A program made the position numbers and the translations under genes. This document shows positions 24,545-38,650 of a DNA stretch of 64,000 nt, one piece after another. The notes under the pieces were generated by a model. It had not been told where the DNA came from. It was given only the letters and a program-made list of their open reading frames with translations, and did not search any database. Every line of letters starts with the position of its first letter. Position 1 is the stretch's first letter. The stretch spans positions 4,770,792-4,834,791 of the forward strand of contig MU058384.1 in the NCBI GenBank assembly GCA_013265495.1, read 5' to 3'. This stretch comes from Vicugna vicugna (lineage: Eukaryota).

Positions 24545-27500
24545 GTGAGCCCCTTTCTTACTTTGACTAGTCTTTAAATGTTCAGATGCCATTTTTTAAA
24601 TGGACATCATTTATTTCACTTCAGAAGCACAGGTCATAGCGTTGTACTGGTCAGTTTTCACACTTGATGAATTATATCCCAGCATTTTTTTTTCTTTAAA
24701 AATCACTGAATTCTTTGGTAGATTTGAATTTGGTAGCTTTAATAGTAGATACTCTCAACCTCTATTCTGTTGAGCAGATAATAATTTAAAAGTAGCAAAA
24801 CTTGTGAGTTTTAAACATGTATAATATTAAATCTGATTCAATTTCCCTTAGATAAAGGAACCATATAGTTTTTGAATGATCGCATTTTATAATTCATTTC
24901 AAAGAAAGACCAGATAAAATACATGTTGGTAGAAACAGGATGCAACCTACCTGTAATATCATGTTTCTTCAAAATTGGCAAATTAACAAAATATGCAGAG
25001 AAGCTAGTTATAAAAATGTACATCAGTCACTGAGTTGAAGCAAACTATACAGTTGCAAATTTTCAGGCTAGTGTTCTGAATTAATTTGAATACAGTTTTC
25101 AAAGGATATCAAAGAAGAAACATCTAGGTGAGAAATACGTATTTTTGGTAGTGAAAGATGATGATTTCTCTTCATTAGCTATAGCTTTTGTAGTATTTTT
25201 TCTACTGAATTCTTTTAGAAGGTGAGACAGCTGCGAGTAACAAAATAGTTGTGTTTGACGGAGACCTATAAGAAGAAGAAGAAACTTGAGGTTGTTAAGA
25301 TCAATATGATTTATTTAGAAATTTGGGAATAATACTACTTTTCTGCTGTGAAAGTATGTGGAGTTTATATATGCAAGTTATTTGAATATTCTTGCATTTT
25401 AATAACACTGTACAAGTTACATATTACAAAGGGAAAATACTTGGACTAAGAACTCTTACATTCTGATTCTTGGCCGTACCTTTTATTATCCAGATTATTA
25501 TGTGCAAACATTAGAACTGTCATTTCAAAACTAGAAATGATGTTTACATTGTATATTGTTGAAGTTCAAATCACATAGCACTTATGAAAACACTCCATAA
25601 GCTTAAGGTGCTATATGAATATAACATACTTATATTGTAAACATGTGAGTATATGCTTTGAAAATACTTTGAGTTCAAATGACAGTTATCCAAAACCTTA
25701 GAAGTTTTTAATTTCTAGTGTTTCCGATATCTGCCAGAAATCAGAGCAATAGTTTTGTCCATTCTTCTGTACAATGGAGGGCCCAGCATGCACCACTCCC
25801 GTAGACTTATTTTCTAACTTGATACTTGGCTGTGCCTTCAGACAAGTCATTTTACTGACTTGTGGGGAGGGAACCTATCCCCACCACTGATCCTTGTCTC
25901 TCTGCTAAGGTCTCAAATTCTCCTAGGAACAAATCTTTCATTTCACACTTCAGAATTAAGGGCATAGGACATAAGTGCTAGTTGAATTGGCAGATTGATT
26001 AAAGTTCATTGGAGTAGTGTCTTAAGTTTATCAAACAACCATCTGTAAATAATAGCTATAAAATTCTTTATTTTTCTGTAAGTGGAAAGAGCAGAGAGGC
26101 TATATAGGAAGGCCTTTGAAATGGAAGAGTGATTGCTACTGTGACAGATGAAGATAAAGATAGAGAATGAAAGGAAAGCCAGGTATGATAAAGACAAGCT
26201 TGACGTTTATACAGAGGGCTGGCTCCACTTACCTTCAGCTTTCCACGACCATATGGGCCCTGAGTGGAGCTTTTCTGTCCTGCATGTCCTCTGTGTAGGC
26301 ACTATCCCAGCAGCATGTACCATTAAGCCATGCCATCCATGGTAACACTTGACTTGATTTTTAGTTATTAATATGCCTGACCTCATTTTAAGGCAGATTC
26401 TTCCTATAAAATTTACTGAGACATCACTGTATAGAAAATTATAAAAGCAAAATATGTAGTTCATTGCAAAGTGGCCAGATTCATCTTAGTCATTAGGAAG
26501 CCAGTCTTTGTGGGAACAAATCCTGCACAAGGAAACAGGTGAACTAGTTTCTACACTTCTAAATGGTTATAGACTCCCGAGTAATTTCTGCAAGCCTCAG
26601 TTTTCTCACCCCTACAGGTCAGTGAGGGCTCTGGATTTGGTAAGTTTCTGTCTTAAAAATTCTGAATATTTAATATTCAAACCTGTTTTAAAAGGGGATA
26701 AGTGGTTAAGTGTTCTTGACTGTACACATAATCTATTAGAATCTGAAATAAAGGACTGTGGAAACAATGTAGCTGGATGTTTAAAAATAAAACTCTTGCT
26801 GAAAACCTATCTAAATATTCAATTCATATCTTTGGATGTTTGGCTTTGTGCAGTATAAAGAAAGGCTATTTACACAGAACTAATCAATAATGACCCACTA
26901 ACCTTCATGCTAGAGACTTAAGAGGAGCTATTGATTTGATATTGATTATATATGAGTGAGTTTATATGCTGGCAAGCTAGACTCAGAGGTGGGTTTATGG
27001 TCTGCTGTAACTTCTTTGGACCTTATTCAGGGTGAGTTCTAAGTAATGGAGACCCCTAAAAAAGTAAGTATTTCTTTCTCCTTTGGTTTGTAATCTTCAG
27101 AGTTTCTAGAATACTACCTTTATTTATTCTAAAATCATTTTAAGTGGCTACATTGTTTAAGACCCCTTCTTAAGGATATGGGCTAAATGTTACAGTCTCC
27201 ATTCTCAACAAGCCTAAAGTCTGTTTGGAGAGACAAATGAGCATGCAACAAATTAACGCCAGTGTGATTAATTCTAAAAAACAAAGCGTCACTGGAATAA
27301 AGAGTGGGTAAAGCAACTAAGCAGTCTCTCATGCTTTACATATCCAAGCAGAGCCCTTGCCCTCAAATCCTCCTCTGTCCACCTCCACTTCCCCTGCCCC
27401 ACACCCGGTCTCCCCACCTCAGCAGTCCTGGCACATGTACCCCATTGTTCAGGCAGAAGCAGCAGCCTTTCAGGATCCCCCCTCCCCTTCTCTCTCCACT

Positions 27501-30500
27501 TCCCTGCTTCCACTTTTGTCCGTTAGCTTATTCTACCCACAGTAGACAGTGTGATTCTTTGTAAAATAAATTGTTACTTCCCCTGCTTAAAATTCCTAAT
27601 TGGCTTTCTATCATAGAATGAGTTTCAGAGTCCTTACCATCTCTCATAACTGCTGTATCAGTATAACACATATTGTAAACATGATGAGTATGTGTACAGT
27701 AGCTTTGAAAATACTTTGGGTTCTAATTTTAAGTCACTGTAATAATTAACAATTATCCCAATCCTTAGAAATTTAAATGGTCTTGCCTCTATCTTTGTCA
27801 TTGACCTCATCAGCAGCTGGGAGTTCAAGAGGATACACCAAGCCAAGAAGTGGGTAACTGAACATATAATTAGAAGAGAGTTTGGTTTGGCTAGGCAGTG
27901 GTTTGAATCTTAGGCTAGCTGGAGGAAATGGTGAGATGGATGTTTAGGAGAAACTGAGTCTGCAAAGGTAGATTGGGGTCAAATGGTACCCTACTGATAA
28001 ATTCACATTTTATTCTCTAGGTAAGATAGAGCTATCCAAAGGTATGAGGATAAAGGAGATATGATGAAATGTGTTTCTAAAAAATACAGCTGGTGTCTCA
28101 GTGAGGGATGGGTTAGAAAGGAAAAGAGCTGAATATGACTCTTACGAGATACTTATTGTAGGAACTGTTCATAAGGCTGTTACTCTAGACTCTGAATTAA
28201 TAAAATAATGAATCAGCTAATTTTATTATAATTAAAACCATAAATCTTCCCTTAGTAATTTGTATAAGAAAGAAAATTATAAAATTTTATTTGTCAGTTA
28301 TACCTTAATGGAGCTGGAAAAAAATTTAATTTTAAAGTTTTATGTTAAATTGTAGGTTATAGCTCATAAATGTCTCACCATATAGTGAACATGTTATACT
28401 GCATCTCCAAACTCCGTACTTCCTAGTATAATGAGGAAAACCTGTAAAACAATGACATCAACTTCTGTTAGTATGAAAAAATTATTTTTGTATATATATT
28501 CATTTGATCCTCTACAGAACTCACTAAGAAGTAGGGTAAACATTAAAATCATAAGGAGTAAACTCATTTGACAGCTTCTAGTACCTTAAACCTTTGACTG
28601 TCAGTCCCCTTGGAGTGAAAGTGAGAAGCAGAGGGGCTGACTTGGCACAGTTCCCGTGGCTAGTGGCAGTCATGTCTGAAGCAGGATCTCCTCACCCCTA
28701 GCTCAGTACTTCCCACCCGTGCCACCACCCTACTGTCTGCCTCTGTCTAGAGCCGGGCACTGGCCCAGAGGGGAAGTGGACCCTTGGTGAGGCTGTACCT
28801 GGAGCCACTCCTTCATTCCTGGCCCATTGTTCTTCCACTCTGCCCAGTGGTCCCTCTGGGCATGAGTGTTACCTTTTCTTACTAGCTCTAGAGGTCTGTG
28901 ATATATTTATTGCAAAGGAATAACCTGGTACTTTTCACAAAGGTATTTTCTGAGAATTAGTGAACTTATCTTTTTATTTGACCTTTAAATATAATTCTAG
29001 GTTTACTAGTCATTAGATTTCTCAAAGCCTAGTTCCAGTGAAACTGGTATTTAGCCTCTAGTCAAATCAAGAGATTCTCTGCAGAGAAATTTTGCTCTGT
29101 GATAGTTGATGTGAATCCCAGATCCCATTCGACCATCTCAGAAATCCTTATTATGGTAGTAAATTTTAACATGTGGATTATTCAGTAATAAATAAAATGA
29201 ATCTGAGTTATGAGGGTAGAAATCAGCAGGAAGTACTTACCATCTTTGTGTGTCTGTATTTGAAGGACAGCATCTTTTGTTTTTTGTGTACTTACATCTT
29301 TTCATAGCATTGTGCTAAATTTAATTTAATTCGTATCAGTAGATAAGTAGTAATGCAGAATCAAATGATTCATTTTTATGAACATAACTATTAATGTAAT
29401 ATTTATATCATCTTTTCTAATTGTTGACTTGGAGTATGCTGGGGTGCAGAATGTGACATGGCCTTCAAAAACAGTCAGTAGCTTCTGTCTTCTCCATATT
29501 TTTTTTGCATTCTCCTTTAGACCATATAAATATATATTAAACTTGATAGCCAACCATTTAATCTAACTTTTCACAGTACCCTAAACAACCGAGATACTTG
29601 TTTTAAACAAAATCATAAAATAATTCAGATGACTTCAGTATTGGTTGAGAGATCTGTCAAGTTAAGTTTTGTGCTTCTACATGTTGAATAATATTTGAAA
29701 AACTGTATTTTTCCATTTATTCTGCATGTCTTTGCCAAGTATACACTTATTCCCTTGACCAATTCTTAAAATTAGGAGCAATTTTTCCAGTTAAATTTTA
29801 ATTTTATTGTTTTTAAGATGTCAGAATTTCTTAAGGTTTTAACTTTTCATAGAGAAATGCAGAACTTTTTAAATAATATAACTGAAATCTATTATTTATG
29901 TGTCATAATTTCACTAGAGATTCTATGATATCCTTACATAAACCCATTGTAGAAGGTAGAGTTACATCTAAGCTGGAAATATGATGGTTCTTATATTTCA
30001 AAGGGAGAAAAGAAAACATTTTGGCAAAAATTAGGTTAGAATGACTCTCAGTAAACACAGGTGATGGTAAAAGGGGGTTTCCATTTTAAGGAAGGTAAAA
30101 TGAGCTCAAAGAACTTTCTCATACTATCAAAATTTCCAGAGTTTTCTGTTAGTATTACTGAATGAACTTTAAACTATTAATTGAAAAAAAATGTTTCATT
30201 GAATTCTGATTTCAAACCTTCAGAATTCTAAGACTTCAGTTCAGGTGTGGAATGGATGAAAGGACTTAATTCACTACCATAGATAATCTACAGAATTAAT
30301 TGATTTTCTGTAAACAAAGGTCCTTAAATGTGCTTTATGATACTAACCAACCACTTTCCTGAATTCACCATGTGTGTGTTTTGGTTGGAAAAGTACCGTC
30401 CCTGGGGTCAGAAGGCCAGAAGAGTTGGACCTGAGCCCTAATTCTGCCACTTCCCAGCTGTTACATTGGGTAGTTGACTTTATCTTTCTCAGTATAATGT

Positions 30501-33244
30501 CTCTATTTTCTACTTCATATGAATTTTCTACTTCATAGAATTGTAAGGATCAGAAAGATATTTTTAATACTTTGAAATCTGTAAGATCCTGTGAGAATAA
30601 ACACCGTAAGATTTTATGGGAGATTTCTTCTTTCTTTCTTTTTTTTTTTTTGTTTTGTTTTGGTTTTTAAGTTTCAAATTATGCAGTTTGCATTGTGGCC
30701 AAAGAGATAAGGAATAGAGAAAATCTTATTTTAAGACATGATTTAATAAAATGTGTTAAGTGGTGATGGTAGAAAAGAACATGTCAGAGGGGCAAACATG
30801 GATAGAGAATTTTGAGAAGCATGCCAAAGAAGACATTAAGATGAAATAATTAGAATAAAGTTTTCAAACTTCTCAAACTTAAATAATCCACTTGAACTTG
30901 CTTAACTTTTGAAGTTGGCTATCCATGTAAGTGCCAGTCAGCACAAAGACCCTGGAGGTGGAAATGTTTTCATATTTGGATATTTGGGTCTTTCTGGACA
31001 CTGAGCAGAAGACCTTGATCACGTGGATTTTTTTCTTTAACATATCACTATTTTATATTCCTCTTCCACAAAGAAGAGATTCATTTGTTAGATTTTTGTT
31101 GTTGTCATTCATAATTGGATTCTCTAAAATTAACGTTTGATTGGTACATTAAATGTATAAGGTGCTATTTTAGCAACCAGTATCAGGACTTTACTAAGTA
31201 ATTCTCCAGTGATCTGAGTTAATCCACTTCTTGAAGATTAAAACTTATCCTAACTTGTGATAAATGCCCCTATATTTCCTGGAAATAAATGTCATTTGAA
31301 TTAGTACAGTGTTTCTAATCATGTTGGTAACTTAAAGTACATTCTGCGTATTTATTGTTTTCTAATTTAAACATTATTTTTATCAACTCTAATGTATGTT
31401 AATATACTTAATGAATGGTTCTTCATACCTAAGGGTATGCATTTGATATTACTGTCCCCACTGAGATCTGAAATTTCTCCTAATATCCTCTAAAGGGAAA
31501 ATATGAATGCAAGTATTTCTTGGCATTTAAATCTGCTGATTTGAATGAACTTAAATTTGTGCACTATTTCCTGGCCATTTATTTTGTAAGAAGCTATTTT
31601 ATGTAATATTTATAAGGTATATATGGTTCTAACCTTAAAATTTTCAACCTTTTCCCCTCATCTGTTAAAAAATAGAAAACTTTAAGTTTTTATTCTCTTT
31701 CAATCACTTTCCTGTGTGCATGTATGTGTGTTTTAAGAATCTACTAAATTTAGTTGTCAAAATATACTGTGGCATTTGTCCAGTGGGTTAATTTTAAAAG
31801 TAAAATAATTACATTAATAGTCAGTGAAAAATAAAAAGAAAGCAACTGAAAACCATAAATATGAAAAATTAAAAAGAAATCTTACTGACTTAATGAATAT
31901 GAAAATGACATAATTTCATTCTCACATAGCCAGAGTACATGCCAGGTCAGTGAATTTGCATTTTACAGATATTCTGGTGTTTACCTTTTCTAAAGCTTTC
32001 CAATTGGTGTATTAATAACTTCTTAATTTGTCTTTTTCATATTTTAAAGATTTATAGAAGTTATTTGCTTACGGTATGTTTTTTTTAAAAGATCAAATAT
32101 AAAATTTTTAAGAGTTTAGGCAAAGTTAAACAGAGCTTTTGTAGTACATGTATCTCTGAAATATGGTATCTAATCTCAATAAAGATACTCAGCCTCAAAC
32201 TTGTATAGCAAGATACGTAAGCTAACCACTTTGTGATGAATGTGACAGAAAAGTAATCATTGCCATGAGTGAGGCTGAGTTTCCTGAAAGGAGTTTATAT
32301 ATTTTACTTCTGTCTCATTTCTGATGATAACATTTCCATTTTTCAGGAAGAAACTGTTGGACAACTCCTCCTTTCCTTTTTCTAACTCATCGGTCTCAGA
32401 GCCTTCTCATTTCTTTATTCTAAATCTTTCTTAATTCACTAATCATCCATTTGATCTTCATGGTTTCTTTCTTGTCCTGTTTGTTCTCTTTTTCATAGTA
32501 GCAAAGTTCTGTGGATGTCATGACATCTTCCTGAATCACTACGTTCTCTTTTCTGAATTGATGTTTCCTCTATGTTCAGCTTTTTTGTCTGTTAATGTAT
32601 CCTGTGTTTTTCTTTTATGCCAGTGATTCTTCTTCATATTCCATGATCCTTGGTATCTATTGTTTTTAAATGAAGGGCTAGGCACCAATATGGTGTTCCT
32701 CTTCTGTTGTATAAGTAACTCTGTAGTCAAACTATTTAGAAGGTCTATTGAGAACTTTGTGTATATGGCCAAAACATATTAACTGGCAGCTTATATTTAG
32801 GATAAACAGGCAAGATAAATGAGTCCACCTGTCAGGCTGTCAGAGTAATTGCCAGAATGAGAATAAGCAGGACAACAGTATCCACTCTAGAAGTCTTCAT
32901 TCTTTCCAAATGGTTTGTTCAGTGTAATTTTTAGAGACAATGAGACAATGCCACTGATTTTTTTTTTTTTCCGCATGTGGTTAATGCTGAGCAGCATCCA
33001 TTTTTTTTTTTAATGTGGCGTCTGCAGCCTGTTTGGCCTGAGTGTTTTACGTGTGAACCTTCAGTTATTTCCCCTGGGTTTTGTTTTGTCTTACCCCCTA
33101 CCAAATATGCCAATTCTGTGTTCACAGTTCCTCTGAGTTTCATTGTCAGATAGATTCTGTGTCTGCTGCAGTCCACTGTAAAGTTTTAAGACAGTTGTTT
33201 CTAATCACTTTTCATCTTTTATAAATTTGTTGAAATTTCTGATC

Positions 33245-33612
33245 TGTTCTTTTCAAACTCACCAGTGACCTATACACATTACTGATTCCAGTGGTCAATT
33301 CTTTGTCCTTATCTTGCTTGACCTATCAGCAGCATTTGACACATTTGATCACTTCATAATACGTTGGTTTCTGGGCCACCAAATTCTTGGTTTTTCTCTT
33401 ACCTCATTATCCAGTCCTCTTCATTCTCCTTTGCCGATTCTTCCTCTTTTCTTCCATGTCTTGATAGACTGTTCCACTGCAATCTGATCCTCTTTTGTTC
33501 CTTATATATATTCACTTCCTTGATGGTCTCTTGGCTTTAAGTAAAACCCATATTGCCAGTGATTCACAAATGTCTCTCTTCAGCCCAGACCTCTTTCCTA
33601 AATTCTAGGCCT
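33245..33612 (+). mobile_element. L2 LINE fragment
   Basis: cttgacctatcagcagcatttgacacatttgatcac and tcttcagcccagacctctttcct. Confidence 0.75.
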
Positions 33613-33767
33613 ACAGAGTCCCGTACAGGGGCCTCTAGCTTCATGTGGCAGTTAAATACTTGAAATGTGGCTCGTGTGACTGAGGAACTAAATTTTTATT
33701 TTGTTTCATTTTAATTTAATTTTAAATAGCCGAATGTGGCCAGTAGCTATCATATTGGACAGTTCAG
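33613..33767. mobile_element. MER3-like hAT DNA transposon remnant
   Basis: cttgaaatgtggctcgtgtgactgaggaactaaatttttattttgtttcattttaatt...aatagccgaatgtggccagtagctatcatattggacag. Confidence 0.8.
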
Positions 33768-34019
33768 ACCTACAAAGTCTATTTTGATGTAAATATTCAA
33801 CCAGACAAATCAGGTGTTACAATATAAAGAATAGATTATCTTTTTTAATCGAATACAAATAATGGTTTTAATATTAAAACTTTCCTGAATATATTATCCT
33901 GAAGGTTTCATGGATTTCATCATCATGATTGCGCAGATGTTAGTAACAAGCAGTATTGATTAACTTGAATAGAGACTTCAGACGTTTCTTACTTTTAAAT
34001 CAGTACCTCATATTCTGGT

Positions 34020-34200
34020 AGCCCTTAGCTAAAAGGTCAGAGACACCTGAATTTAGATTGAGATTCTGTTTCTTATGCTATGACCTGGAGCAAGTTATTT
34101 CATCTTAGTGACTCGTCATTTGAAAATAGAGGATAGGAAAGTGTTTACTGCAAGTGAAAGTTTTAAAATACCAACCTGTGTTTGACTTACAATGCAGTAA
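34020..34200 (+). mobile_element. Degenerate MIR
   Basis: gctatgacctggagcaagttattt...ctcgtcatttgaaaatagaggata. Confidence 0.6.
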
Positions 34201-36575
34201 GAGTGTAGATAGTATCTTTATGACTATATTCAGAACTGTTTCAATCACTGAGCCTTTTGATTTTAAATTTACTTAACTTCCCACTAAATTTTAGAAAGAG
34301 AAATCACTATGCTCTTAGAATTAAACTTAGTAAATGTCTTATGTTGAAATCCATATTCTTTTAGTACATACATATTTTTTTCAAAATACAACTTCTAGGC
34401 ATACCGATTAAAACATTTCTGTGACTAAAGTAGTTCACATTGTATAATTCTGAAGTAAGAGATTTTGAAGGTTTCAGCTTCCTTATCAGAACATAATTCA
34501 TATCATGGTGAAAATAGTGTTTTGCATTTTAGTGCTGTGCTTCCAGGGTAAATTGATACTATGAGTCAGTAATCAATTCATTCAAATGAGAATTAAAGGA
34601 AGAATGACAGCAACTTTATATTGACAGCAGCAGGCAAGGGGAGAGGGCAGGTTATAAAGTGGCAGCATTATTTTTGATCAGGCATAACTATTTTTTTATA
34701 GTTTGAGAGTAAAACTACATTTAATGTCATTTAATATCAACCATAAGATGCATTTTACTATTTTTATAATCTCAAACTGAAATAGATAGTTTTTCCATTT
34801 TTAAGACTAGCATACAAAAAGATATTGTGGAATATGTACTTTTAAGATTTACTGTTAACTTTTTTTTTGATAATAAACTTAGTGCCTGGTCTGGAAGAAA
34901 ATGAGTATTCCATAATTTTGAAGCCTTTCTTCAATTGCTAGAGCTTAACGATTATTTTTAGTTTTTCAGTATTATAGTGAGTATATCTGTGTATCAAAGT
35001 GTTGACCACATCTCTGATAATGAAAAATATTTTAACTCATACTTAAAATAGAATAAATTTTATTCCATATTAATATTACTCATTCCTTCCCTTTATGTAT
35101 CTGCACATTAACATTTTCACATATTTCACATCATTGTCCATGTCGATCTTTATGTTCTGTTCTTTGAAAAGTTATGAATTTAAACAGTTGGTAATCATTT
35201 TTTATTTACTGAATTTGCTTGACGTGGGCACTGCTTCGAACCAAGGAAGCAGCTCCTCATGTTTCCTCTCCTGGTCATAGGGAAAAAATGTAATACCATT
35301 CGTATCATAAAAATAATCATGTTATTTCCTTTATAAATTTCTATGTCCCTTTTTATAAATTGAGTCTATGAAAAAAGAAAAAAAAAAACTTCAGTGTATA
35401 AACGTTTTGGTTTGTGTCTGTTGAAGGCCCTGGAAATTCAGAGGAGGAAGACAACCTTAGTTAAGTTTTCAATTACTCTTACTCAGTTAACATTATACTT
35501 TGCTAAGAGTGAACTCAGAATAGCCCTAAAGTTTCTCACAGAGTAGCTAACTGCATACTCTTGCTTTTTGTGGTTTAGTCAGTTTGGTCTGGATAGTGAA
35601 GAGACTATGATATCATAGAATTTACTGGTAATGTTTTCTGGAAATGAATATCCATCACTTATTGAAAATGTCAACCAACAGTGGAAATTAGGTTGAGGAA
35701 CCAGACCTTCTGGTAATGATAGAGATGTCTAGATGATGTTGATTTGTATTTTCCAGAATTTTAAATATATGTTTTCAGGAGGCTTGTTCCTTGAATGAAA
35801 AGTGGATGAAAATGTAAAGAATCGCTCTCTGCGTTTTTCTGCAAGTCTGAGAGCAAAGTTGATGACAGATATGGAAACTAAGAAATGACTAAGTGGAGTG
35901 ACTGGTCATTTTTTAAAAATAATTTAAGCAGTTTTTGCATTGTAAATGTTTGATAAGTAAAAAGTAGAACATTGTTCTAATGTTCTAATTTCAATCAATT
36001 TACTTTTTTTCTCAACTTTCTCCTCTGGAAAAAAAAATTCAAGTATAATTTCATGAGGAGTAAAATTGAGAATGATTTTTGACTGATGTCCATCTTTTTT
36101 CTTTTCCAGCAAAACCAGAAATACTGTATTTAAGTAGAAGCACCTTAAAAAAAAGCTGTTATTCAATTGAAAAAGTAAAAACCCTTTTATACTTTATCAG
36201 AAAATAATTCAGACAGCACGTCAAAGCCCCCCCCCCCCGTCTGGTTGGGGAGTGAGTTCAACCGGAGATAAGCATCAAACACCACGGGAGCACAGGGAAA
36301 GGCATCAGTTTGATTAGATGTAGCAATTCTGTGTTGTCTTTACAATGTAGAGTGTTGTCCATTTAGAACTCCTCTAAATGATAGCTTAGAACCAGGAATT
36401 TGGATTTTGTTGCTGGACTTTTGCAAGACTAATACATGGCAAGTCATGTGATAACCTTAATTAGTATGTTACATCTTTCAAATCAGCCTCCCAGGGGTTT
36501 TCTGGGAATAAGTAAGTGAATACATAGAAAGTACTCTAGTTTCTTTCATATTAATTTGTGAGTGTGACTCTGAGA

Positions 36576-36600
36576 GTGTGTGTGTGTATGTGTGTGTGTG
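36576..36600. repeat. Interrupted (TG)n microsatellite
   Basis: gtgtgtgtgtgtatgtgtgtgtgtg. Confidence 0.9.
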
Positions 36601-36912
36601 TATTTGCCCTTCTTTTGAAAAGAATCCAGTCTTTCAATCCAGTCTTTTACAGCTTAAATTTGTTAATTGTCTGAGCAAAGTAGGCAGTGAGCAGGTTTTT
36701 TATTTTGGCCAATCCAGAATCAATACAGTTTATGAAGGTTTTTTGGGGAGGAGGGGAGACAGTGTCTCATTTTCCTTTTTTTCTTTTTCTTTATTTTTAT
36801 TATATTATGAGGCTCAAAACTTAATGTCATCGCAGTCTTTTCAATCTGTATATTTTCAAGTGAAGATTTAATAAAGAGTTGAAAGTAAAACGTTTTAAAA
36901 ACTATATTGACA

Positions 36913-37006
36913 GGAAGGGAAATAGCTCAGTAGTAGTGCGCACGCTTAGCATGCACGAGGTCCTGGGTTCTTTCCCCAGTACCTCCATTAAAAAAAACAA
37001 AACCCC
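36913..37006 (+). mobile_element. Short tRNA-Ala-derived SINE (camelid Vic-1 type)
   Basis: ggaagggaaatagctcagtagtagtgcgcacgcttagcatgcacgaggtcctgggttctttccccagtacctcca plus an A-rich tail. A box present, B box mutated; aaaaacta on both flanks. Confidence 0.88.
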
Positions 37007-37419
37007 AAAAACTAATGTTAAAAAGGCAGTTATAAATGCACCACTATAGCAGTTAGGTAAATTAATGAACTTCCTAATATTCATTGAACTTTGACAGGAA
37101 AATGTTGATATAGCATAATCATATTTTTAAATGACTTCTCATTGCTTTGAGTTGTGGAAAACAACTCATAAATCATCACGTTTATATTCCAGAATTTAAA
37201 TTCATTATCTCTTCCTAGAATTTAAATTGTCTCTTTTATGGATGGGCCTGGCGAGATAAGTTCTCACTTTCTTATATTCTCAGACCCATACCAGTGTAAT
37301 AGATGAAAAGTCTTCCATTATTAAACCCTTTCTCATGTTAATAACGTTCTTCTTTTTTTGTTTTTGTTTTTAATTCTAAAGGATGTTTAATTCCTGCACA
37401 TGCAGATACTGGGAATGCA

Positions 37420-38650
37420 AGATTCATTCATACATTCAGTAAGTACCCAGTGAGTACTTACTTTGTCCCAGGCACTGTTCTAAGTGTTAATGTGAATGTA
37501 TCAGTGAAAAAGACAGATAATAATCCATGTCCTTGTTTAGCTTACCTTCCCAGTGGAGAAAGCCAGACAATAAGTGAATAAATACAGAATAACTAACAAA
37601 GCAGGCAAGGGGGATAGGGTGAGCTGGGGAATGGGGTTAGGATGCTGTTTTTAATGGGTATTAAGGGAAATCTTCACAAAGAAGGTGACACTTGAGCAGA
37701 ATTTTGAGGGAGAAATAGTCATGTAGTCTGGGAGAATAACATACCAACCAAGGTCCCAAGTCAGGAGTGTGCTTGATGTGCATTTTGAACAGCAAAGAAG
37801 CCAGTATGGCTGGAGTGGAGGAGTGGCTGGGAGAGTAGAAGGCCAGAGGAGCATCGAGGGGCCAGATTGTACCGAACCTTGTATTGATGAAGTGCAAAAC
37901 ACCACCCCATCCCCAGCACTGGCAGTATTTACTGGAGACATATTTTTAGAAGGGGGAGGTGGGTGGGATTGTACAGTCTGATACTTGCTATAATTTAAAA
38001 AATTAACAGATTGTACTGGAGAGTAGATATGATGTAATGACAAATAATTCCTTATAGAGAAGGCAATTTTTAAAGTGATCATTATAAGATGAGAAGACTG
38101 TTAATCATAAAAGGTGTTAGGGCATTCCAGCTAAGAAGGCCTGTTAAAAGATTATTTTAGTAATTGAGGTGGGAGGATAGGACTGAAGTAAGAAACTAGA
38201 GATGTTAAATCATTGAAGTATTGGAAGTTTGTAATGTGAAAAGTAAGGGATAAAGAAGTAGAATTTGAGGATAAGTGAGGATTCTAATTTAGGTGAATAA
38301 ATAGATGGAAGTCCATTAACAAAATTAGGGGAACATAGGAATATAGAGAAAATGGTAATGAATTGTATTTTGGATATATTGCTTTTGGGATGCTTAGCAG
38401 ACATTTGAAGTGAGACATCTAATAGCTTGCTCATCTATTTGAACCTCATTTACTAAGTGTCCCTACTATGACTCAAGCCCTGTGCTAGGAACTAGACTGC
38501 AAACTTTGGAATGTACTTGGAGCATGAGTATAGATTAAGGAGTCAGTGGCATATGTGTAGTCTTTGAATCCACAGGCATTAGCAAGATAAGCTAGAAGAG
38601 GTTATTGAAGAGACTAAGAGCCATTAGGATACGTATGAGATTGATAGCTT
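37420..38650 (-). mobile_element. L2 LINE fragments (3' terminus at about 37420)
   Basis: attcattcatacattcagtaagtacccagtgagtacttactttgtcccaggcactgttctaag is the antisense L2 3' end; also gaaggtgacacttgagcaga and cagcaaagaagccagtatggctggag. Confidence 0.75.

Noticed and set aside
27680..27780. Possible C/D-box snoRNA in module copy C (ATGATGA)
   Set aside because: No suitably placed CTGA D box or terminal stem, and the C box is not kept in the other two copies.
30505..30543. 18-bp tandem duplication (attttctacttcata)
   Set aside because: Ordinary slippage within a decayed MIR-like region.
36210..36300. Poly-C run with a few CpGs and an AGATAA motif as a possible promoter/enhancer
   Set aside because: Too short for a CpG island; single motifs are expected by chance.
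36913..36988. Apparent tRNA-Ala(AGC) gene
   Set aside because: The B box is mutated (ggttcttt), an A-rich tail follows, and a related copy with a perfect TSD lies at 42173-42346. It is a tRNA-derived SINE.
37651..38082. Longest ORF in the track (143 aa, minus strand)
   Set aside because: Lies in decayed L2 sequence, with no splice or protein-family support.
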